From: Chloroflexota bacterium
GTDB lineage: Bacteria > Chloroflexota > Anaerolineae > UBA1429
Length of the DNA stretch: 64,000 bases
NCBI GenBank assembly: GCA_034722245.1
Contig: JAYENT010000043.1
Span: 93-64,092 of the forward strand
Reading direction: 5' to 3'
The translations under genes were made by a program, and so were the position numbers. This document shows positions 55,396-64,000 of the stretch, piece after piece (positions within the stretch are counted from its first letter, which is position 1; every line of letters begins with the position of its first letter). The notes below the pieces were generated by a model that was given only the letters and a program-made list of their open reading frames with translations, did no database searches and was not told where the DNA came from.

Positions 55396-56370
55396 TCACG
55401 CTTCCAGCAGCTTGGCGCTGAGGTAATCGAGCACTTTTAGCTGGCTGTCTTCTTCTTCGATCATAGTTTCTATGCTGTCCAGATCCGTTTGCTCCAGGAA
55501 GGCCATCATGCGCTTCAGCATGGTCGTGTTGGCCTGGAATGCGGGCACGGGATCCAGTTGATGAGCCGCGATGTCGGCCCCCAGCCATCCCTCATAGCCG
55601 ATGCGGTCCAGCGTATACAGTAACTCCAGCCACTCCCAGAGGTGAACACTGCCCGAGACCATGTCCCAGTCGCCGCCATCTCCCGGGTTGTCGTTGCTGT
55701 GCATGTAGAACAGCCTGTCCTTCCTGGCCAGCAAGGTCGCCGCCTCGGCGGGCGATTCCTGTGCGGCAAAGGAATGCCCTATGTCCAGATTTGCCCCCAT
55801 GTTGGGTTTGTCCACTTCGGAGCACACGAAGAGCATCTTGCCCACGCTATTGAGCAGGGGCTTGGCCTCCATGTCATGGGGTTGGTATTCCAGTGCGAGT
55901 CGCACGTCATCACGATAGGTGGCCACCTCTTTCACCGTCTCGATGAACCGCTGCCAGGCGGCCCCATGGTCGATCTCGAAGGCATACTGGTATCCTTCGG
56001 CCAAGGGGCACGTGGTGACCAGGTTGGCGCCCAGTTCTGCGGCAATGTCCATCCCCGTGCATAGACGTTCCATGGCTTTCTCTCGCGCTTGCGCCGAGCG
56101 CGCCGAGAGGGCGCCATAGCGAAAGTACGTGGCATCCTTGATGTCCACGTTGACGGCGGAAAGTTCCAGGTCGTGCGCTTTTAGAAGGCGCTCTGCCAGT
56201 GCGACGGCCTCCAGATCGAAGGGGTATTTGAGCTCGATGCCGTCGAGCCCGTCGATCTGGGACACAAGGTCGAACTTTTGCTCCAGCGTGCGGTCGGGCT
56301 GGTACGTCGTATAGCCATCGTTTTGAGCGCCAAAGAAGGCGGCGTTTGCGGATAATTTCCAACGTCTCAT
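55396..56370 (-). CDS. Sugar phosphate isomerase/epimerase (xylose isomerase-like TIM barrel)
   Basis: LEYQPHD, DIGHS and HSNDNPGDGGDWDM metal-site-like motifs. Confidence 0.8.
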   Translation of the reverse strand: MRRWKLSANAAFFGAQNDGYTTYQPDRTLEQKFDLVSQIDGLDGIELKYPFDLEAVALAERLLKAHDLELSAVNVDIKDATYFRYGALSARSAQAREKAMERLCTGMDIAAELGANLVTTCPLAEGYQYAFEIDHGAAWQRFIETVKEVATYRDDVRLALEYQPHDMEAKPLLNSVGKMLFVCSEVDKPNMGANLDIGHSFAAQESPAEAATLLARKDRLFYMHSNDNPGDGGDWDMVSGSVHLWEWLELLYTLDRIGYEGWLGADIAAHQLDPVPAFQANTTMLKRMMAFLEQTDLDSIETMIEEEDSQLKVLDYLSAKLLEA

Positions 56371-56422
56371 GTTTTCACCTCGAGTAGTCTTCTGAGATTG
56401 TTGCCGATTCGTGAATGGCGGT

Positions 56423-57379
56423 CTAGATCAGGGAGTACAGGTAAGGGACGATGCGGGATGGGTCGCGCGCTCCCATCATCGCTTCCATCTCGTCCTCGTC
56501 GATGCGGTCCGTTATCTCTTCCAGTTTCCGCGTCATGTGAGTTACGGCGTTGAAATTGGCCACGGTGTCGATTTCCTTGGGGAAGACGTCAAAGCCGTAC
56601 CAGTCGTCGTCATAGCCCACCTTGCGCAGCGTGTAAAAGAACTCCACGAACTCCCACAGGTGGTAGGCGCCCGGTATCATGTCCCAGTCCCAGCGCCCAT
56701 CGTTGTCGTTCAGGTGAACGTAGAACAAGCGATTGGCGCGGGCCAACAGGGCAGCCGATTGGGCAGGGCGCTCTCCGCCATATAGCGCGTGACCGATATC
56801 CAGGGTGACACCCAAGTTGTCGGCGTCGACTACCTGGCAAAAGGCCGCCGTCTCGCCAGCCGTCCCAAAGAGACAGCGCGCACGGGGATCGCTCCGCTTG
56901 TATTCGATGCAGATCTTGACGGCAGGATTATAGGCGCAGATCTCGGAGAAGGACTGGGCCGCATAGTCGTAGGCGCGAATATAGTCCATCTCGAAGGGGT
57001 AGTCCGTGCCGTCGTTCAACGGGCAGGTGGTGATGCGATAGCAGCCCAACTCCGCCGCTAGGTCCACGGCCCGCTTCAGATCGTCCACGACTTCCCCTCG
57101 CTCCGCGGCAGATTCAGCGCTGAAGGAGCCGCGCCACCATTTGCCCGTGCGCCGCGAGCGAAAGTTGATGGCCGATACGCCAAAGCCGTATTCGTTCAAG
57201 AGGATCTTTAGCTCCTGGATATCGCCAAAGTCTCGCGGATAGGCCAGTTCCAGCCCATCGACCCCCTCTATCTGAGAGGCCATCCCGAATTTCTTTTCCA
57301 GATCGCGATCCTCCTGGTAGGTCATGTAGCGGTTCTTGCAGGCACCTAAAAAGGAACTGATGATGGCCAGTCTGTTCAT
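56423..57379 (-). CDS. Sugar phosphate isomerase/epimerase (xylose isomerase-like TIM barrel), paralog of the adjacent gene
   Basis: IEYKRSDP, DIGHAL and HLNDNDGRWDWDM. Collinear with 55396-56370. Confidence 0.8.
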   Translation of the reverse strand: MNRLAIISSFLGACKNRYMTYQEDRDLEKKFGMASQIEGVDGLELAYPRDFGDIQELKILLNEYGFGVSAINFRSRRTGKWWRGSFSAESAAERGEVVDDLKRAVDLAAELGCYRITTCPLNDGTDYPFEMDYIRAYDYAAQSFSEICAYNPAVKICIEYKRSDPRARCLFGTAGETAAFCQVVDADNLGVTLDIGHALYGGERPAQSAALLARANRLFYVHLNDNDGRWDWDMIPGAYHLWEFVEFFYTLRKVGYDDDWYGFDVFPKEIDTVANFNAVTHMTRKLEEITDRIDEDEMEAMMGARDPSRIVPYLYSLI

Positions 57380-57501
57380 AGCGTGGTTCCTCCTCTATCC
57401 TAGCGTTCTGTCTTTCCCTCTCGTTGTGGGCATTATGTCATAAATGGGGGAGCCTCACAAGTACGAAATGCTGTTACGTCTTATTTGCGGCATCATTTTC
57501 C

Positions 57502-57530
57502 TTGTGCTGTTCTCGCTATGCTGCTAGAAT
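57502..57530 (+). promoter_or_regulatory. Sigma-70-like promoter for the SMP-30 / Gfo / URO-D / sulfatase gene string
   Basis: TTGTGC, 17-nt spacer, TAGAAT. Confidence 0.4.
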
Positions 57531-57533
57531 AGG

Positions 57534-57566
57534 GTGGAATATAATCCTTGTGGAGATTGAGACGCG
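57534..57566 (-). repeat. Possible decayed copy of the palindromic element
   Basis: GTGGAATAT-AA-TCCTTGTGGAGATTGAGACGCG aligns with the 44811 copy if half of each hairpin is deleted. Weak. Confidence 0.25.
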
Positions 57567-57605
57567 GGAACGATGATTCAGAATTGACGATGGGGAGGAA
57601 TTGGC

Positions 57606-58469
57606 ATGGCCGTACAACCTGAATTGATCGCAGATTATGAGTGTTTGACGGGCGAGGGGGTCATATGGCACCCTGGCGAACAGCGCGTCTACTGGCTCGA
57701 CATACCGCGCGGTCGGATGTTCCGCTATGATCCGGCCACCGAGGAGCACGAGATGTGCTTCGAGGGCGGCATGGTAGGGGGGCTCACCGTTCAGGCGGAT
57801 GGTGCGCTGCTCCTTTTCATGGAGAAAGGTGCCGTGAAGCGGTGGGACGAGGGCGAGGTGATGACCATCATAGACGAGGTTCCGGAGGAACAGGGGTCGC
57901 GCTTCAACGACGTGATCGCCGATCCGGAGGGGCGCGTCTTCTGCGGCACCATGCCCACGGAGGAGCGGCTTGGGCGCCTGTACCGCATCGATCCCGACGG
58001 CAGCGTGACAGTGGTTTTGGAGGATATAGGCGTCTCCAACGGCATGGGATTCACCCCGGATCGGCAGCGCATGTACTATACCGATTCGGCCAAGCGCGAG
58101 ATCTATCTCTTTGATTACGATCGGGAGACGGGCGAGATCAGCAATCAGAGGGTCTTTGTCAGGACGCCGGAGGGAGAGGGCATTCCCGATGGCATGACTG
58201 TCGACGCCGAGGGTTATGTCTGGTCGGCGCGCTGGGGCGGTGGCTGCGTGGTGCGTTTCGCTCCCGATGGCACCGAGGACATGCGCCTCGAATTTCCGGC
58301 CAAAAAGGTGTCCTGCGTGGCCTTTGGCGGCGGGGACTATACGGATATCTATGTGACCACGGCCGGAGGGGACAACAAGGCCGAGGAGGGGGAAGGGGCT
58401 GGAGCCCTGTTCAAGGTGAACGTGGGCATTGAGGGGGTCCCCGAGTTCGAGTCGCGCATCGGTCTCTGA
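57606..58469 (+). CDS. SMP-30/gluconolactonase/LRE family protein
   Basis: GEGVIWHP, FNDVIADPEGRVF, SNGMGFTPD and PDGMTVDAEGYVWSA. Confidence 0.85.
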   Translation: MAVQPELIADYECLTGEGVIWHPGEQRVYWLDIPRGRMFRYDPATEEHEMCFEGGMVGGLTVQADGALLLFMEKGAVKRWDEGEVMTIIDEVPEEQGSRFNDVIADPEGRVFCGTMPTEERLGRLYRIDPDGSVTVVLEDIGVSNGMGFTPDRQRMYYTDSAKREIYLFDYDRETGEISNQRVFVRTPEGEGIPDGMTVDAEGYVWSARWGGGCVVRFAPDGTEDMRLEFPAKKVSCVAFGGGDYTDIYVTTAGGDNKAEEGEGAGALFKVNVGIEGVPEFESRIGL

Positions 58470-58505
58470 TGCGCGGGAATCGCTGCGGAGGGAGAGGGGG
58501 CGGCG

Positions 58506-59618
58506 TTGGCGATTGTGGAAAGCTTAAAGGTCGGCGTGGTGGGCTCTGGCGGCCGTGGAGGGAGCTTTAAGCGGGCCTTTGAATTGCAGGAGAAGGCGCA
58601 CATCCACGCTGTATGCGACATCGACCGTGAGGCGTTGCGTGAGTCTCAAGTTCGTCTAGGAGCGGACGAAGGCTACGCGGACTATGAGGAGATGCTGGAA
58701 TTGGCTGATGTGGATGCCGTCATTATTGGCACGCCCATGCCCCTTCACGTGCCACAGGCCATCGCCGCATTAGAGAGGGACATTCACGTCCTAAGCGAAG
58801 TGCCGGCGGGCGTATCCATCGAGGAATGCCATGAACTTGTGGCTGCCTGTCAATGTAGCGAGGCTGTGTATATGATGGCCGAGAACTATATCTATAGTAA
58901 GGCCAACATGATGGTCACAGAGCTCGTTCGTCAGGGTTTCTTTGGCACCACCTACTATGCCGAGGGGGAGTACATTCACGAACTCAAAGCGCTGAACGAG
59001 GAGACGCCCTGGCGGCGCAAATGGCAGACGGGCATAAACGGTATAACGTACGGCACCCACAGCCTGGGGCCCATACTGCAGTGGATGCCGGGTGACCGCG
59101 TGGTCTCCGTGTGCTGCGCCGGCTCTGGACATCATTATCGCGATCCCCGGGACGATCTTTATGAGAACGAGGATAGCTGCGTGATGCTGTGCAAGATGGC
59201 CAGTGGCGGCCTGGTAAAGATTCGGGTGGATATGCTGTCCGACCGGCCCCACGCCATGCACAACCACTCCCTTCAGGGGACCGATGGATGCTACGAATCG
59301 GCCCGGGCGCCGGGGGAGCGCGACCGCATCTGGCTGCGAGCCAAATCCGAGGATCCCAACACGTGGATTGACCTAGAAGCTTTGGACACCTTTGTGCCTC
59401 AGGAGTGGCGGGAGTCGGAGTCGGTCATCTCCCAGTTGGGGCATGGTGGGGGAGACTACTTTGTGATCAAGGATTTTGTGGAGGCGGTAGCAGAGGGCAA
59501 GCCGTCCCGCGTGGGCATTCATGAGGCTATGGATATGACCCTGCCTGGCCTGGTCAGCCAGCAGTCCATCGCTCAGGGCGGGAAATGGTTGCCGGTGCCC
59601 GATTCGCGTAACTGGTAG
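58506..59618 (+). CDS. Gfo/Idh/MocA family oxidoreductase
   Basis: KVGVVGSGGRGGS Rossmann N-terminus, a VLSEVP (EKP-like) motif, and a C-terminal alpha/beta domain. Confidence 0.85.
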   Translation: MAIVESLKVGVVGSGGRGGSFKRAFELQEKAHIHAVCDIDREALRESQVRLGADEGYADYEEMLELADVDAVIIGTPMPLHVPQAIAALERDIHVLSEVPAGVSIEECHELVAACQCSEAVYMMAENYIYSKANMMVTELVRQGFFGTTYYAEGEYIHELKALNEETPWRRKWQTGINGITYGTHSLGPILQWMPGDRVVSVCCAGSGHHYRDPRDDLYENEDSCVMLCKMASGGLVKIRVDMLSDRPHAMHNHSLQGTDGCYESARAPGERDRIWLRAKSEDPNTWIDLEALDTFVPQEWRESESVISQLGHGGGDYFVIKDFVEAVAEGKPSRVGIHEAMDMTLPGLVSQQSIAQGGKWLPVPDSRNW

Positions 59619-59649
59619 GGCGGGGTGCAAAAACTGCGGGGAAGAGGGG

Positions 59650-60741
59650 ATGAGATACAATTCGTTTGATGAAAGCATAGAACCGGATTGGGAGGCCTTT
59701 GTCGACTGCATATTGCGCAGGGGCACGCCGGAGCGCGTGCATCACATAGAGCTCTTTTTGGATGCGGAGGTTCAGGAAGCCGTCTGCGACAGGTTCGATC
59801 TGCTGGATGGACTCGATATGGACGATCCTTTCTTTGAGCAGAAACGACAGATAGAGATTCAGCGCTTTCTGGGCTATGACTATGTGCGGTGTGGCCTGGG
59901 TAACCTTGAGATGCCTCTCAAACGCACCACGCTGGAGGACACGGCCGACCTTAAGCGCGAGGGGGGACGCCGGTACATGGAGGAGCATCGGGGTCCCATA
60001 ACGAGTTGGGAGGATTTCGAGACTTATCCCTGGCCCGATCCGGAGGAGGCCACTACGCGCTCTCTGGAATGGTATAACGAGAACCTTCCCGAAGGCATGT
60101 GCATCATCGCCAGCGGCGGTTTTGCCCACTTTGCCGAGTACTTGACCTGGTTGATGGGCTATGAAACCCTCTGCTACGCCCTCTATGATCAACGCGACCT
60201 TGTGGCTGCCATCAGCGAGCGCCTTCTGGATATGTTCCGCGTGTCGCTTGAGCGCATGTTGGCCTTTGACCGCGTCAAGATCGTCTGGGGCAGCGACGAT
60301 ATGGGATTTCGTTCCGCCACGCTGATCAGTCCCGACGACCTTCGCGAGTTCGTTCTGCCCGGCCACAAGCTCATGGCGCAGATGTCCCATGACGCGGGGC
60401 GACCCTATCTGCTCCATTCCTGTGGGAATCTGACGGAGATCATGGATGATCTGATCTATGACGTGGGCATCGATGCCCGGCACTCTTTTGAGGATACCAT
60501 CGAGCCGGTGACCGAAGCCTATGAAAAGTACGGCGATCGTATAGCTATATTGGGCGGCATCGACGTCGATTTTCTGTGCCGCGCCGATGAGGAGGCCATT
60601 CGCCGTCGGGTGCGCCATACGCTTGATGAATGTCTGCCTGGCGGTGGATATTGTCTGGGAACGGGCAATAGCGTGGCCAACTATATCCCCCTGGAGAATT
60701 ATCTCGCCATGGTGGATGAAGGAAGAAAATACACGCCCTGA
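59650..60741 (+). CDS. Uroporphyrinogen decarboxylase (URO-D) family protein, paralog 3
   Basis: LLHSCGNLTEIMDDLIYDVGIDARHSFED ... GGYCLGTGNSV. Confidence 0.7.
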   Translation: MRYNSFDESIEPDWEAFVDCILRRGTPERVHHIELFLDAEVQEAVCDRFDLLDGLDMDDPFFEQKRQIEIQRFLGYDYVRCGLGNLEMPLKRTTLEDTADLKREGGRRYMEEHRGPITSWEDFETYPWPDPEEATTRSLEWYNENLPEGMCIIASGGFAHFAEYLTWLMGYETLCYALYDQRDLVAAISERLLDMFRVSLERMLAFDRVKIVWGSDDMGFRSATLISPDDLREFVLPGHKLMAQMSHDAGRPYLLHSCGNLTEIMDDLIYDVGIDARHSFEDTIEPVTEAYEKYGDRIAILGGIDVDFLCRADEEAIRRRVRHTLDECLPGGGYCLGTGNSVANYIPLENYLAMVDEGRKYTP

Positions 60742-60771
60742 TGGGCCAGAAGCGAGGAAAGGAAGAGGGAC

Positions 60772-62079
60772 ATGCCAAAAAGGCCAAATATCCTGTACAT
60801 TCATTCCCACGACACGGGACGCTACATTCAACCCTACGGCTATAATGTGCCCGCACCTCACGTTCAGCAGCTTGCAGAGGAGGGGGTGGTGTTTCGTCAG
60901 GCTTTTTCCGTGGCCCCCACGTGCTCGCCCAGTCGGGCGGGGCTGCTGACCGGGCAATGTGCTCACAGCTCTGGCATGATCGGTTTAGCGCATCGGGGTT
61001 TTTCCCTGCACGACTATAGCCAGCACATCATTCATACCCTAGATCCTCTGGGCTACGAATCCACGCTGATAGGACTGCAGCACATCGCAGAGGAGACAAG
61101 CACCATCGGATATCACCGTGTGGTGGACGTGGAAAGCCGCCACGTGCGCGATGTGACGCCTGCCGCTGTCGAGTTCTTGCATAGTGGGCCTCAAGAGCCC
61201 TTCTTTCTGTCCGTGGGGTTCATAGAGACGCATCGTGAGTATCACGAGCCGGGCCCGGCGGAAGACTGGCGATACTGCCAACCTCCAAGGCCCATTCCCG
61301 ATACGCCAAGGACGCGAAAGGACATGGCCGCCTACAAAGCCAGCGTACGTGTGCTGGATGAGGGCGTGGGAGCCGTTCTCGAAGCCCTCGACGGCGCGGG
61401 CCTGGGCGAGGACACCCTGGTGATTTGCACCACGGATCATGGTATCGCCTTCCCGGCCATGAAGTGCAATCTCACCGATCACGGCATCGGCGTCATGCTC
61501 ATCATGCGGGGTCCCGAAGGACTTCATGGTGGGAAGGTGATCGATGGTATGGTCTCACACATCGACATCTTTCCCACGATCTGCGAGTTGCTGGAGATCG
61601 AGATGCCCACGTGGTTGCAGGGCACGTCGCTGATGCCGCTCATTCGGGGCGAGGCAGAGGAGATCAACGAGGCGATATTTGCCGACGTGACCTATCACGC
61701 GGCCTATGAGCCCAAGCGTTGTGTGCGCACCAAGCGCTGGAAGTACATCCGTCGGTTCGATCATCGGGAGAAACCCGTATTGCCGAATTGCGACGACAGC
61801 TTGAGCAAGGACGTGTGGCTAGAGCACGGGTGGGGCGAGCGGGAAGTGGCCGCGGAAGCGCTCTACGATCTCGTGTTTGACCCGAACGAGGCGCACAACC
61901 TGGCGGACGATCCAGACAAGGCCTCGGTTCTGGAGGCGATGCGGCAGCGGCTGCAGGATTGGATGGAACGTACCGACGATCCTTTGCTGAAAGGGCCCGT
62001 GCCGGCTCCTCGCGGCGCGCGTGTGAACGATCCCACGGGGCTCTCTCCCAGAGAGGATACGTACATACCAGAAACGTAA
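60772..62079 (+). CDS. Sulfatase (Cys-type, formylglycine-dependent)
   Basis: NILYIHSHDTG, CSPSRAGLLTGQCAHSSG and TTDHGIAFP. Confidence 0.9.
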   Translation: MPKRPNILYIHSHDTGRYIQPYGYNVPAPHVQQLAEEGVVFRQAFSVAPTCSPSRAGLLTGQCAHSSGMIGLAHRGFSLHDYSQHIIHTLDPLGYESTLIGLQHIAEETSTIGYHRVVDVESRHVRDVTPAAVEFLHSGPQEPFFLSVGFIETHREYHEPGPAEDWRYCQPPRPIPDTPRTRKDMAAYKASVRVLDEGVGAVLEALDGAGLGEDTLVICTTDHGIAFPAMKCNLTDHGIGVMLIMRGPEGLHGGKVIDGMVSHIDIFPTICELLEIEMPTWLQGTSLMPLIRGEAEEINEAIFADVTYHAAYEPKRCVRTKRWKYIRRFDHREKPVLPNCDDSLSKDVWLEHGWGEREVAAEALYDLVFDPNEAHNLADDPDKASVLEAMRQRLQDWMERTDDPLLKGPVPAPRGARVNDPTGLSPREDTYIPET

Positions 62080-62168
62080 AGGATACGCGCCCTGGGCGTT
62101 CGGCATTCGCGGTTCCAGCGTGCGCTTGGTCCAAAAAGATTCCACTATTGTATTGAAGGAGATATCCT

Positions 62169-62610
62169 TTGATGTCATCGAAGCTTTCTTTTGCCGTCAT
62201 TGGCTGTGGTGACGCCGGCGCAGAGATGTGGCAGGGCATCGACGCGGCTTCTCCTGCGGAGCTGGTCATGTTGATGGACGAGCATGCCGGTTTGCTGGAC
62301 GATCTTTACCAGGTGTATACCGTGCCCACGACGACGGTTGTGGAGAAGGCGCTGAGCCATGGTGACGTGGATGCCGTGTACATCTCGGCCCCCATGGAGC
62401 AACGGGTGTCTCTGGGGATAAGAGCCGCTCAGGTGGGCAAGCAGGTCTTCGTGGAGAACCCTGTGGCCGACAATCTTGCAGACTTGGACGCCCTGATGGA
62501 TGGATGTCTGTCAGACTAACGGCGTCAGTTTGGGTGTCGCACTGGGAGCCCAGGTGGATGCGGGTGCGGCGGAAGGCGGCGAACCGCGGACGCTGCCTCT
62601 GGAAGACTGA
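62169..62610 (+). pseudogene. Decayed Gfo/Idh/MocA oxidoreductase: Rossmann N-terminal domain only, then frameshift and truncation
   Basis: The 116-aa ORF (FAVIGCGDAG ... VFVENP) stops at 62519. A Gfo-like continuation (GVSLGVALGAQ...) appears in another frame and ends at 62610. The C-terminal domain is absent. Confidence 0.5.
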
Positions 62611-62645
62611 GCCCCTCGCCTTCCAGTTGAGTGGCAGAATACAAA

Positions 62646-62677
62646 AATCCTTCCCGTCGTTGGCTGCGGGAAGGATT
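62646..62677. terminator. Bidirectional terminator between the decayed Gfo gene and the DUF4038-type GH
   Basis: 11-bp stem AATCCTTCCCG / CGGGAAGGATT with a 10-nt loop. An A-run lies upstream and T-rich sequence downstream. Confidence 0.65.
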
Positions 62678-62705
62678 CTGCCTCTCTTTATTCCTTATGG
62701 GACTT

Positions 62706-64000
62706 CTAAGACTCTTTTCTCAGACGCACGGCCATATAGGGCTTTCCTGGCAGGTCGATGCTGAATTCCCCAGAGAAAGTCCCTTCTACTTCCGTCATGC
62801 GCATTTCCCAGGTATCGATCACGTCCGCCTTGTATGTATGCTCTTCCGGCATGGAGAAGGGAATAGCCGCAGGTTGAAGCACGCCGCAGTAGGTCAAATA
62901 GTATTCCTTTCCTTTACTAGCGCAAGGAAAGCCCGTATCCACGATCCCCTGCACGGGATCCAGGCCACAGGCGGGTCCTGCCTCAAGGATCTCTTTCAGG
63001 AAGGCGATCCGAGGAGGGCTCTGGCCATGAAGCGTACCGCCCTTTGACCACCAGAGTATGTCCTCAGGATGTAGATACGTCTCTCCATGGCCCACATAGC
63101 CTCCGCGTACCGTGCCCTCCCAGCACTTGCGCACCATCTCTTGGGGCGGCATGTTGCCCCAGCGATTGGGGATGTTGCCCTCGTATTTGCATTCGTCGAC
63201 AACCACCGGCTTCTTATATTGGGCCCGCCAGGTGTCAGTCTTTTCGAGATCACTGCTCTGCACGCTCAGATGCGTGACCCAGGGCTTGCTGTGATCGTAG
63301 AATGTCCTGCAGTTGTGTACGGAGCGTAGGTGCTGATAGGGATCGCTTTCCTGGACGATGCGGAAGAAGCGGTCCCAGTCGCGCATACTCTTGTCTTCCA
63401 TGAGGTCGTACTCGTTGGCCATGGACCACCATACGTTTCGGTAGGCTGCCAGACGCGCCACCACGTAGCGTAGGTAGCGTTCGTCGATTTCTGGAGCGAG
63501 ATGGGCGTAGCCCCATCGGTCATAGGGATGAAAGAGGATGATATCGGCCTCGATCCCCAGATCCCTCAGATTCTGCACCCTCTGCTCCAGATGCTGGAAG
63601 AATGCAGGATTGAAACGCGCAAAATCCCACTCTCCCGACCCAGCGCGCTGGAAGGGATGGTACACGGGTTCATTCCTGTTGTACCTGTAATGTTTGGGGA
63701 AAACGCACATGCGCAGCTTGTTGAAGGGCGTCTCCTGGAGTGTATCTAGGGTTTGCTCCTCCAGTTCCTTGCCTTGATGGTTCCATACGTAACACGTCGT
63801 GCCCACGGGATAGTAGGGCGTGCCATCGGCATAGGCGAAATGGTACGTATCGGCGACGCTCACGGGACCGTGGTTATCCGGTGAAGGGGGCGTGCAAACG
63901 AACTCCCCACTGATGCCATCCAACGCCGGGTGGTTGCTTCTCGTGGTGTAACGCCACTCACCTACCGTGTCAGGCATGAAGCGGACGCGATAGACGCCCT
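62706..64000 (-). CDS. DUF5060/DUF4038-type glycoside hydrolase (TIM barrel); N-terminus runs off the window
   Basis: [10 protein letters not shown] ... [11 protein letters not shown] ... [11 protein letters not shown]. The frame stays open upstream of the M at 63977 to the window end. Confidence 0.65.
   Translation of the reverse strand, partial: GVYRVRFMPDTVGEWRYTTRSNHPALDGISGEFVCTPPSPDNHGPVSVADTYHFAYADGTPYYPVGTTCYVWNHQGKELEEQTLDTLQETPFNKLRMCVFPKHYRYNRNEPVYHPFQRAGSGEWDFARFNPAFFQHLEQRVQNLRDLGIEADIILFHPYDRWGYAHLAPEIDERYLRYVVARLAAYRNVWWSMANEYDLMEDKSMRDWDRFFRIVQESDPYQHLRSVHNCRTFYDHSKPWVTHLSVQSSDLEKTDTWRAQYKKPVVVDECKYEGNIPNRWGNMPPQEMVRKCWEGTVRGGYVGHGETYLHPEDILWWSKGGTLHGQSPPRIAFLKEILEAGPACGLDPVQGIVDTGFPCASKGKEYYLTYCGVLQPAAIPFSMPEEHTYKADVIDTWEMRMTEVEGTFSGEFSIDLPGKPYMAVRLRKES

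Noticed and set aside
59554-60966. 470-aa ORF on the minus strand
   Set aside because: It is antisense to the URO-D paralog 3 gene and to the 5' end of the sulfatase. Its composition (Arg/Gly/His/Ala-rich) is typical of shadow frames in GC-rich DNA, and it has no recognisable motif. The sense-strand genes have clear family signatures and RBSs.

Overview
Visibly GC-rich bacterial chromosomal segment. The gene content suggests a Chloroflexota-like organism with a monoderm-style envelope: a type IV pilus module with no secretin, Pro/Thr-rich linkers, split GcvP, and several archaeal-type enzymes. That taxonomic call is inference only. I support about 52 protein-coding genes. I found no rRNA, tRNA or CRISPR array by eye, and no recognisable transcription factor gene anywhere in the window. 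Several start codons were moved from the ORF track to the first start preceded by a GGAGG-like RBS.

Layout:
- 0-9 kb: Eis-like GNAT (partial), M20 peptidase, uxuA, a CoA-disulfide-reductase-like flavoprotein, and a HAD / LarA-like / gnd operon.
- 9-17.6 kb: a type IV pilus module (pilN-like, pilO-like, LysM protein, pilM, pilD, pilT) with unusual domain fusions.
- 17.8-30 kb: acpP, a degenerate tyrosine-recombinase-like gene, URO-D/DUF362/Ldh_2 genes, a GH-like/GT4/methyltransferase trio, an MBL hydrolase, an FGGY kinase and xth.
- 30-45 kb: rsmI, and a complete glycine cleavage operon (gcvT-H-PA-PB) directly preceded by two radical-SAM genes that look like the LipS1/LipS2 split lipoyl synthase. 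Then an archaeal-type NAPRT, PurO, a second URO-D paralog, argS and polA.
- 45-64 kb: a carbohydrate / sulfated-glycan utilisation island. It holds 2 Cys-type sulfatases, GH127, a DUF4038/5060-type GH, 2 TIM-barrel isomerases, a lactonase, a Gfo/Idh/MocA oxidoreductase plus a decayed paralog, a PfkB kinase, a GPH transporter and a Zn-ADH.

The most unusual signal is a 51-nt twin-hairpin palindromic element. It has at least 4 copies. Two of them sit in-frame inside coding genes and are read in different frames, much like Rickettsia palindromic elements.
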